Below are positions 24,678 to 35,200 of a stretch of 64,000 nt of DNA, one piece after another. The position numbers were made by a program, and so were the translations under genes. This stretch comes from Macrostomum lignano (taxonomy: Eukaryota). Position 1 is the first letter of the stretch, and each line of letters opens with the position of its first letter. The notes under the pieces are model-generated. The model was not told the origin of the DNA. It saw only the letters and a program-made list of their open reading frames with translations, and ran no database searches. The stretch is from NCBI GenBank assembly GCA_002269645.1, contig NIVC01000330.1:124001-188000 (forward strand), read 5' to 3'.

Positions 24678-27600
24678 GCGGATCCGAGACTGGAACGGCA
24701 AACGCTTGGTGTGACGACCGTTTGACAACTTCGCCCCATTCGTCTGCAAAGCAAGCGCAAAATGAATTGATAAGGCGAATTCCTTATATGGAAAGTACAG
24801 TATGTTAATTCTAAGACTGGAAAAAGATAACTCTGAAGCACTGATAAGGAAGTAGCCGCACTTAGTGAAGAACTGATACGGAGGCAGTGGCACTAGCTGT
24901 GAAGGACTGATACGGAGGCAGTGGCACTCTGTGAAGGACTGATACGGAGGCAGTGGCACTCTGTGAAGGACTGATACGGAGGCAGTGGCACTCTGTGAAG
25001 GACTGATAAGGAGGCAGTGGCAATCTGTGAAGGACTGATACGGAGGCAGTGGCAATCTGTGAAGGACTGATAAGGAGGTAGCCGCACTTAGTGAAGAACT
25101 GATAAGAAGGCAGTGGCACACTGTGAAGGACTGATAAGGAGGCAGTGGCACTCTCTGAAGGACTGATAGGGAGGTAGCGGCACTCTGTGAAGGACTGATA
25201 GGGAGGTAGCGGCACTCTGTGAAGGACTGATCTGATAGGGAGGTAGCGGCACTGTGAATGCCTGGGGATGGTACAGACAACGTCCTATAAAACGCAGGCT
25301 CACTTCGTTCTTGTCTGCGGTTGCGCATCTGCCGTTTGAAGATTAGGACGGCAACAAAGACCAGTATGGAGAATCCGATCACGCAGGCTGAAATGCAGTT
25401 GGAAGGCAGGCAGGTAGAGAACTTCGAGAAGGTACTACTGTACTAAATCGATTGTTGCGAACACAGCACAAGTACTGCGAGTACAGCGGTAAAAAAGGCC
25501 AAAAGGGACGTAAGGGACACTTTTTTGTTAGCCCTAGTCTGCCAATTTTTCGCAGATCAAATGTGATCAGTCAAAAATTGGCTTCGTTGGTAACAGTAGT
25601 CCTTGATACTTTGTTCGCTCGATTACCAGGAAGGGACACTGGCCTGCCCCGCCCTAAATTTTATTCATGTTTAGTCTCGTCCAATTCTCTAACTTACAAC
25701 AGATCTTCTCACAAACTTTGATAAAAGGCTTCAACTTCTCTTTATTGCAACCATTACCTGTCACCTTTAAAAGTTGACTTTGAAATTTGACAGGGTTCAA
25801 GGCAGCAACAATGACGCGCTACGACCCTTGGTTTGATTTTATGAAAGGCCAAATGAAAGGTCATGCAAGAGTCAGTGCGCAAAGATTGGTTTCGGGGTTG
25901 TTGTGCGATTCACAGCCATGAGAGCCAACCACCAAGGCACAGAGTGGACATGTCTGACAGTTAAAACGTCAGGGCTGCTGAACACCCTGTGTGAGCGTGT
26001 AACTGTGTGTAGCTGTAGCATCAGTCCTATCAAAAGTTGAAAGAATGTGCTCAGAAACTCGCCTATCTGTTGTGTGCAAACGAAAGAACTAGACTAAACA
26101 TGCACAAAATTTCGGCTAGGGCAGTACAAAAAGAGGCCTCCCCGATTTGAAACGCCAATCAAGTTGTGCATGCCAGCGGGGCGGCTCACATAGCACCATG
26201 ACGATGAACACTGGCAGTGTCATATTGGCGATGCGGCCAGTGCAGGAATAATCGAATTCGTCCGAATTATCGTAGCAACTATCGAATCCGTCGCACACAA
26301 GCGAATCGGGTAGACAGCGGTAGCGGTAGTGCCAGCAGCTGAAGTAGCCAGCCGGACAAACAAAGGAGGAGCCGCGCAGAAAGCTGCTCAGAGTGACATC
26401 GAATGCATCCTGGCGTTGTACAGTTCGTTTGGGATCATCCGGATTATAGGACAGCATGATCTTCTGCGATGGGCCTTTGGTCTCGTCAAAGTGCAGATCG
26501 GGGCATTTCTGCAGATAGTTGGTGCAGTTGCAGCTCATCAGCGGCAGCGGGTCGGCTGGCACCCGGACCTCGGAGCCAATCCACTCGTCTGGCACTACAT
26601 CCGTGCGCCAGCCAGTGAACATGTACACTGTGAAGGTTGGGCAGCTTTGACCGATTCTGCGCAGGTCGACTTTGTTCAAGCGTACAGCAATGTACAAGTT
26701 TGGATCTGGTGCTTCAAAGTACATTGTGCAGTTCACATTGGAGACTATTGGACCATTTGTAACACGGAAGCCATGGCCTCGCCTTGTGGTGTCATAGCAG
26801 GAATCCATTTTAACTGTGTTTTGAAAAAACATTAAAGAATTAAATTAATATTGTATTATATAGTTGTTACATTATATGGATCAATAGTTTAATGATTAGT
26901 TAATATAAAAGTCCTAATTAAAAGCAAAAATTAAGAAAAACTTATATCATTCTAAGAAATGCTATTTTAAGTAGGATATAAAACATCTTATAGCATGAAT
27001 AGATTTTAATACATTTTTATCTAGTACCATTATTTTTGTAAATTATATAATTTTATTTTATCATTATATATATCATCATTATTATTTTATTCTGCTTGAA
27101 TGTATCTACCTATCATTCATATAAGACATTTAGGCTATATCTATAATGGCAATCTAGTATACCTATATATTAATTTCTTATTTTTTAAATGGTCATTTTA
27201 TATAATATTAGATGAAATTCAGCTTTTATCTTTTTTGAAATACTTTCTCATACAGGACTTGCTTTTCCTTTTATTAATATATAACTCTTTATCTCAAAGT
27301 GAGCAAGTCTAGTTTAAAAAATCATCATTTATATCATTGTCATAAATACTAAATAAGACATAAAAGCTTTTATGCTTTAAGTAGTTAAAACATAAAATAT
27401 GTCAAAAGCTAATTGGACATGCTTATAAATCTAAGTAGGCTGAATTATTTAATAAAATATACACTCGAATACCAATATTTAAAAAAATTATACTTAAATA
27501 ACTTCAGCTAAAAACTAAACAAATGGGCCTTCTTGAACTTTGGGTAGATAAAGTAGGCCTAGTGCTATTAATACATATTTATGATGTCATATGACAAAAT

Positions 27601-27726
27601 ATAAAGCGTATAGACGACTAAACTTAATAGCATGAAATGAACTTTCTTACCATTAGCAGTAAACGAAATTACTATTTGAGGAAGGTAAACGACTACCAAC
27701 ATTAAACTCATGCACAGGCTGTTCAT
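24574..27726 (-). CDS. Type I membrane protein: signal peptide, CUB-like domain, one LDL-receptor class A repeat, TM helix, short cytoplasmic tail (~317 aa); exons 27726-27651, 26813-26190, 25387-25304, 24743-24574
   Basis: Signal MNSLCMSLMLVVVYLPQIVIS; LDLa CPAGYFSC..YRCLPDSLVCDGFDSCYDNSDE; TM LPVFIVMVLSCVIGFSILVFVAVLIF then KR; donors GTAAGA, GTGAGC, GTGAGC, all phase-1 compatible; tail ends PRYVM*. Confidence 0.85.
24835..25255. repeat. Intronic minisatellite, ~32-bp unit GTGAAGGACTGATACGGAGGCAGTGGCACTCT
   Basis: Tandem copies inside the last intron of the CUB-LDLa gene. Confidence 0.93.
25880..26020 (+). mobile_element. Partial SINE family B copy (intronic)
   Basis: ACATGTCTGAC..GTCAGGGCTGCTGAACACCCTGTGTGAGCGTG is the reverse complement of the family motif CACACAGG.TGTACAGCGGCCCTGAC. 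Confidence 0.55.
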
Positions 27727-29535
27727 CTTTCAACTGCAATCAAAAGAAATTGTGAATGCCTCTGAATTGGTATATAAGAATTGCTACACCAAGGTTAACG
27801 ACATATGTCAGTAACTGTACGTTTGTTGATGCCTCGGCCTGGCCCTGGCCTAAGTATACAATTAACTTCCCGATAATAGAATAAAATGAATTAACGCTGA
27901 AGCGATACTTAAACTTTGTTAAAACATTACATTACTCAGAAGCTACATAAATAAACGATTTAAAATTTAGCGGATGTGTTAAAAACCAAGTAAATTCGAT
28001 TACCGATTTAATAATTGCAATGATTTGTTTTACTAAGTAATAACGAAGCTTGTTGCGTTGGTTCCAGATTCCTATTGACATTAGCCAAAAATTGTTAATG
28101 CTTTTGGTAAAAGGCAGGCCTAATGTTCATCTTTTGATATTAATTACCTTTCTTATACCTCTATTAGTATTAATAAACCGTTTTGTTTTGAAAAATAGAA
28201 TTGTCTTTCAATATACTAAAACTGACGCGATGTTTGTGTGTTGCAAGTGAACTCCTACACTACTAGCAAGTCAGCGTCGAAACTTATATGGGAAAATGCA
28301 AATTTTTCGGATCAGGCTTTAGCCTATTTTTATGTTGTAATTTCATATCCAACACCTCCGTGTAACTTGTCGTATGCAGCTGGCTGTAGCGTACGTGCCT
28401 TAAATAATAAAAATGGTCAGAGCTCATTGAATCTATTTTATTTTTCTTAGCTTAATGACTGCAAGGACAACTTAAGTTACTTGTTATATATATAAGTTAC
28501 TTGAGTAGTCCTTGAATGACTGTGTAGCAAAATGCTTAATGCAATGATAAAATAGATTCATAAAATTATGAGCCGAGTTGTGCCATTTTTTATCATATGA
28601 TCACATGTACGTGTACAGTACATGTAGTAGGATGTAAAATTAATATACGAGCTCGAATCCTAGTAATTTCTAAACGAAAAAAATTATTAATGGAATAGCT
28701 AGGCTATAAGAAAGGCAAGTCATAGCAAAAGATGAACATTGGGTCTGCCTCCAATCAAAAGCAATAACAAGGTTTCTGCCGAAAAATGAAAACTGCTTGC
28801 CTATCTCCGTAATGTATATATTTTTTGGTAAAACCTGCATCCTAAAATTTTCCAAGAAACGTGTAGTTTCCTTTCCTACTTGAGTAGTTCTTGAAATAAT
28901 CCCGATTACGCCCTGTTTAATTAGCCTATCTTGCGAATATACGAGCGTATAAGATATCTTGCTACAACTGCAAAAAAGCAGGAAAAAATCAATTAATTTT
29001 TTCCAAGCTATTTGATTTTCACGAGCTCCCCGGGTGTAAAAAAGACATGTATACTTATGAATGTTACTGTACTTTGAGCTATTAGCAGCCATGAATTGAA
29101 TACAGTATAAAATTATTAAATATTAACTATATAGTTAGCATATAGAAGCGAACATTTCGATACGGCTGCGCCACCAGTGCTACCCCCACTCTACGAGTTA
29201 CTGTAGAATTGAGAAGCCAACAGCTCTTAAAAGGAGAGATCTTTGTTTAGATAAAAACGACGGAGATCTATATGTATAAGATTCAGAAAGAGTCCAGCAG
29301 GTTTTACTTCTTTAAGACAGAACGCTTTCGATCCAGTTCAGAAGAGTCGATCGATTAAATCGTTTGAACAATCGACCCCTCTTTCTGAATTAGTTTCTAC
29401 TTCTCAATCCATATGAGTGGGACACTCCAAATAAGGGTGTGTTCAGCTCAGCGCTTGTTCTACATACAAAAGCGAAACTTGGCTTTGCCTATAGTTATAA
29501 ACCACAACTGATTTGATCTACGAGCCACATACGAG

Positions 29536-30639
29536 TGTTGTAGGGCTGTTTATTATTAAGAAAATCCCACCGCTGTTACCAATTTTGTTGTAGGGTTCCG
29601 TCTCTCTGTTTAAAATTCTCACTGCTGCAACCTGTTACAGGGGTCTTGGGGGAGGGAAATTATTCTATGCTGACACCAAATCTGTTATGGGGAATTAATG
29701 GGATTCTTGGAATTTCTGAAGGGTATACTAGTTTTATTACTAATAGGAGTAAGCCAATGGTTGCTCCTGGTGGCGTGAGTGTCCGAGCGGCAAGACACTG
29801 TCTAAAGGTTAAACTGTCCGAAGGAGGGCTACACGGCGGATCAGAGTTGCCTGGGGAATTATCGCACGATGGGAATTTCTAATAGCTAGTAGGGAATGAT
29901 TTCATGGGGAAGAGTTCACTTAATGGAATCGCTAAAAAGGGAAGGGGCTAAGATTTCTGATAGTTAAACTTCCAAGTAGGGGAAGGAATACCGGATCAGT
30001 CGGAAGTTAGAATTCGGCCAAATAACTGAGCAACAGTAGGTCTGGATAGGGAGTTGGCGGAACTCCAGGTCGAATTCTGGGGTCTGGGGGTTAGGGAAAG
30101 AGAGAGACGAAGCTTTTGTTCACTGGGGAAGGGGGGTGAGGTAATTACTGCGCGTGTCTGCGGGGTTGAAGGGGGAAAGGCTGTACGCTCGTTCTGCTGG
30201 GGGAGGGAGAGAGGGCGGAGACTGCACGTCTCTAAATGAACAAGGCTGACTCAGTGGCTATTTTTAGAACAAACTGTTCACTCGGCACTAGGCCTGAATA
30301 GCGAGTAGCGCAAGTTGGTCTTCAACTAAGTTTTCACGCATGTATTTATAGTGGCATTGCTAAAAATGGCTGACAGATTCAAACAAAATACTTCTATTAC
30401 AAAATTCTTATTAAAGATATACGCTAAAGCTACTAATTTTATAGAAAAATAAACATTTATTATACGTATTATTACTGAAGATAGTAGCATCGGTATTTTA
30501 CTCGTAAAAAGGCGGTAAGTAACATTCTATTTTATGCTCGAGACGATAAGGCAAAAGTTAAGATTTCAAGTAAGGCTAATTGGAGAACAAAAACTAATAA
30601 AAACACTAAGTATTCATACAGTACTAATAGCCTGTTACA
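29536..30639 (-). repeat. 3' LTR (1104 bp)
   Basis: By eye differs from the other LTR by one G-run indel (~30131) and one substitution (GGGGGTTAGG vs GGGGGCTAGG). Confidence 0.95.
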
Positions 30640-30727
30640 ATTGGCTTTCCTGACAAAATTTTTCGAACAGTTTACGAGTGAAAAAAATTTTTTTTAAAAG
30701 TAGATTAAGCAGGTTATACTACTAGAG

Positions 30728-31765
30728 TCAAAGGTACCGGATCATTTCAGTCGGCAGGTTCCCAGGATAAGGCCAGCCACAGGCCTCACCGGTCCACTGC
30801 ACTTCGGTCCTCAACTGGGCTCTGTTGACCCAACCTCGGTTCAAGTCGTGCAACGCGTAGGCTACAGCGCGCCTCCAGGCGGCGATGGCCTGCTCGGGCC
30901 GCATGCGTCGCAAGGCCTGGACGGTGGGCCGCACATCCTCTCGCGAGGGGAAGGGCCGTCCGTCCATCCTGAAACGCCCGACTCGAACTAGATAGGCCTT
31001 GACTTCAGATACTCGACGACGATACTCGCCACGGAGCGCTTCAGGCATATTGGCCATAATGGTGCTGAAATTGCCGCCAATTTCGTGCAGTGGCCCGACT
31101 TCCGGGGGTTCTTGCATAAGTGGCGGAACTTCCACCTCCAGAGGCTCAAGAGGGGCTGCCGTCTCGTTCATAACCTGATGCTGGGGTCGTAACGGCGGTC
31201 TGTCCTGCGGTGGTCCTGGATCTCGAGGCGGTCTCACAGGTGATCTTGGGCGTGGTCTAGGGTCTCTTGGTGGCGAAACTGGGCGCGGTCTGGGGTTATT
31301 TGGCGGCGAAACTGGGCGCGGTCTGGGGTTATTTGGCGGCGAAACTGGGCGCGGTCTGGGGTTATTTGGCGGCGAAACTGGGCGCGGTCTGGGGTCTCTT
31401 GGCGGCGAAACTGGTGATCTCGGACGTGATCTTGGCGGCTGACGGTTGCCAAGCCGGCGGGAAATATGCGGTTTCGGCGCGGCACTCTGAGGCAGGGCTA
31501 CGGCAGCATGACTGCCTTGAGGTTGGCGTCTCGCCATCTCCGGGGAGACCTCGACAGGAGCCTCCGCTTGCTGCTGCAATAGCTGAGCTCGGTCTTGCGG
31601 GTTGGCAATCTTCACAACAGACGACGGACGAGGCCTGGCCCCAGGAGGATTGGGCCGCGTTGGCTGTCGTTCTGGGGCTGGCAGAGCATTCTCGTCGCTG
31701 CTACTGCTCAAATCTTCATCGCTGGCGCTGAGACTTAACTCGTCTCTCAGTTGATCGCTGGCCAT
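30728..31765 (-). CDS. Gypsy ORF3: unknown non-Env protein with acidic/Ser N-terminus, RPRPVSPP repeats and a C-terminal predicted helical domain (~345 aa)
   Basis: Uninterrupted ORF between the pol stop and the 3' LTR, same strand as gag/pol; ATG at 31765; no signal peptide or hydrophobic TM segment. Confidence 0.75.
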   Translation of the reverse strand: MASDQLRDELSLSASDEDLSSSSDENALPAPERQPTRPNPPGARPRPSSVVKIANPQDRAQLLQQQAEAPVEVSPEMARRQPQGSHAAVALPQSAAPKPHISRRLGNRQPPRSRPRSPVSPPRDPRPRPVSPPNNPRPRPVSPPNNPRPRPVSPPNNPRPRPVSPPRDPRPRPRSPVRPPRDPGPPQDRPPLRPQHQVMNETAAPLEPLEVEVPPLMQEPPEVGPLHEIGGNFSTIMANMPEALRGEYRRRVSEVKAYLVRVGRFRMDGRPFPSREDVRPTVQALRRMRPEQAIAAWRRAVAYALHDLNRGWVNRAQLRTEVQWTGEACGWPYPGNLPTEMIRYL

Positions 31766-32205
31766 CAAAACGATTGCCGTAGCCGGAATATCAAAACGAT
31801 ATTGATGAGCAGAATTGGGATATCAGAACGATATCGATGAATAGGGCTGAGATATCAGAACGATATCAAGCGAGATAACAATATTACAACGATATCAGAG
31901 GGAACAATATCAGAACGATATTAATAGAGAGCGGATATACCAGAACGGTATTTCACTGTCAAAACAACAGTTGCTTGAATTGTTAGGTAATCTAGCTGGG
32001 ATTGTTTAATATTATGGTCCTTCTGTCTCTCTGTTTTGGGATCTTCTCATTTTCGTGGCCCACCCCAATTTTCGTCTCTTTTGGGCTCCCATTTCCTCCA
32101 CGATCGATAATTTGAGGGGTTATTTGTACATTGGCATTGCCCATTATGAATTCTTTCTTTGTCTAAATTTTGGGCTTTGTCACGCAATCGGGGACGGCGA
32201 GAGGG

Positions 32206-35200
32206 CTAAAATTCTAGGTTGCGCAACAAATTGAGGGCTTTCAATAGGCGTTTTAGATGGCAGTCGCATCTTTGTTTGGCTTGGGTTGGGCGCCTCAGAT
32301 TGTAGGGGTGGGTGTGCGTGGGCTCGGGATTTCGCGGGACAGGAGAGGGGGGTAAGGGTTGAGGGTCTTCTTCATTCAAGGCTTCGTTTTCTGACTCATT
32401 GGTCTCTTCATTCTCTGTCTGAGCTTCAGACCATTCTTCAGCTATTTCTCCTTCATTATTCTCTTCTCTTAGTTGGCATCGCCAATTGATTTCTTCTTCG
32501 TCAGATGATTCTTCAGATTCAATAGGATTTGACTGATTTAATTCTGGGATCTTCCGGCGGGGGTGGCTTTCCTTAATTGGGAGTTGTCTCTTCGGTTCAG
32601 TTGAAGCGGGGGTAGGGGCGGAAGTAGGGGCGGAAATAGGAATAGGAGCGGGGTTAGGGGCGGAAACATAAGCGGGAGCGCTCTCCTGGCTTTCCTTAGT
32701 AAAAAGTTCTGTGGTTGAATTGGGCACGGGCGTTAAATTGTCTCGGTGCACTAACATTTCTTTGCCGGTCAATTTTCCATCTTCTTTTTGAACTTTAAAA
32801 ACTACTTCAGAAATTTGAGCTATCACTCTAAATGCTGATCGTTTCTTCCGATGAAATTTGTGGGACTCTTCGGTGTCTAATTGGGGATTGTTAATTAAAG
32901 CTAAACAGCCTATGGGGACTCTCAGGGGAAGCTTATTAGTTTCGGCGGCGGTCTGTCTTTTCTCTACTACTTTTTCTAATTTCTTCTTGACTATTCTGCT
33001 AGCTTCTTCTAGTCTTTCAGCATGTTTGGATATATAAGCGGGATAGTCGGTATGCTCAGCTGCACTTCGAATCTGAGTATCTACGGGTAGGGTAGCTTCT
33101 CTTCCAAATAATAGAAAATGCGGGGAGAATCCTGTTGTTACATTAGGGCTGGTGCGAACGGCTACTAGGGCTGCGGGAATTAGTAAGTCCCAATCACCGT
33201 GATCCTTATTGATCAGGCAGGTAATGATTGATTTAATTTGCTTGTTGAAGCGTTCTACTAATCCGTTAGATTGGGCATGGTAGGGGGTAGTAAAAGTATG
33301 GCGAATGTTGTAGAGTTCGCAGAAGGCTTTAAATTGTTTGCTGGCAAAAGTTTTTCCATTGTCTGTGTGGATCCAGGTGGGCTGTCCATATTCTGCTACT
33401 ATTCGTTCGAGTAGTATCTTGATGACTGTGTCCGATTTTTGGTTTCTGATAGGAAAAGCGAAGGGGTATCTAGTTGTACTATCAACAACTGTCAGGACAT
33501 ATTTATGACCTCGTTTGCTTTCTTTAGATATTGGGCCGATAATGTCTATATGCAGGCGGCTAAATGCTTCGCCAATGGGGAATGACTGGACTGGGGCCTG
33601 AACAAAATGTCCTTTCTTGCTCTCAAGGCAGGGAATGCACTCAGCAATTAACTGCTCAACTGAAGTGCTCAGTCCGGGTCGCCAAAATCTTTCTCGGATT
33701 CTCTGGAGCGTCTTATCTCTTCCTAGATGTCCTGCGAGGGGGCTGCAGTGTAGGTCAGTAAAGACTGCTTTATCTAGGGATGGGGGCAAAACAACTTTAA
33801 TTTTTCCGTCTTCAGTAATTGTTAATAATTCGTTATCGATTTCCATCAGCGCATAATGCTTACTGATCTTTTCTGGCACGTCCGGTGATTTGGGAAATTG
33901 GCTCAGTTTCTGTGATTTAGCTTCTAATAGAGTTCTAATGATGGGGTCAGCAGCTTGGGCTTCTTCAATCTGTTCTTTCTTCAAGGGGCTGGGGAGATAA
34001 TCAGTTAACAACTTCTCGCACTTTCCTGTCTCTTCTTCTCCTTCATCTACTTCTCTTCCTGAGACAATTAGCTTTGTCCTAGATTTGGGACATTCAGGCT
34101 GGGTCTCGCTTTCTGTCAGGGCTTCAGGTGACTGGGACATGGGGTTGTCCTTAGTTTCAGCGGGAGCACTCTCATCTCTCAGGGGAACAGGGGTCAATTT
34201 CTCAATTTTCTCAGGGATTGGCTCAGGGTTCTCAGGAATTACTTCAGATGCTTCAGGGGTTTCAAGGATCGCTTTAGCAGGCTCAGTGGCTGCGTCAGGG
34301 ACTTCGGAAACTTCAGGTGCTGTTTCAGCAAGTTCAGGGGCTACTTCAGGGGATACTTCAGGGGCTTCAGCTATCTCAGCTGGTCTTCTCGACAATCCGT
34401 CGGCATTGGAATGTTTTGCGCCGCTTCTGTGTTCAATGTCGAACCTGAATTCATTTAGGCGCTCTATCCATCTTCCTAGGATTCCGGTTGCTTCAGTTTG
34501 TCTCATGAGCCAAATTATCGCTTTATGATCAGTTCGGGCTAAGAATTTCTTGCCGATCAGATAAAATCTGAAATGCCTCATAGCGTCGACAAGGGCTAAC
34601 AATTCTTTCCGGGTAATGGGGTATCGCTTCTCAGATTCTTTCATTGCTCTACTAAAATAGGCTATTGGTCGCTCTATGCCATCACTCTGGATTTGGCCAA
34701 GGCATGCGCCAATCCTGTCGTCACTGGCATCTGTGTCGAGCACCATCTTCACATTTTCATCTTCGACGTATTCGGGGTAGGCTAACACTTCAGTGGACAT
34801 CATTCGCTGCTTTAGGGACTCAAAGGCTTCGTCATGCACTTTGCTCCACTTAGATTGGAAATTCTGAACTCCTTTTCGGGTCAATTGGAATAGGGGGTGA
34901 GCCACTTCGGCATAATTCTTCACAAATCGGCAATAATAATTGCATAGGCCAAGAAAACTGCGTAGTTCCTTTACGTCTTTGGGACGGGGCCAAGTTTGGA
35001 TTGCTTCAATCTTCGTCTTGTCTGTTTGAATGCCTTGTCGGCCAATCACATGTCCTAGATATTTCAACTCGTGATGGAAAAGGTTGCACTTTTTGGGTCT
35101 CAACTTCAGACCTGCGGCAATTAGTCGCTTAAACACTTCTCTTAAGTGATCTAAATGGTCGGCAAAATTTTGGGAGTAGGCGATTATGTCATCGATATAG

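Noticed and set aside
24579-25382. 267-aa ORF as a single coding unit
   Set aside because: A strong donor at 25303 and acceptor at 24744 remove the minisatellite as an intron; the true last exon uses another frame.
30728-31768. Calling ORF3 env
   Set aside because: No signal peptide, TM anchor or Cys-rich ectodomain.
32206-32750. Chromodomain at the integrase C-terminus
   Set aside because: The tail is P/E-rich low complexity ending in a YNLR motif; no chromodomain pattern.
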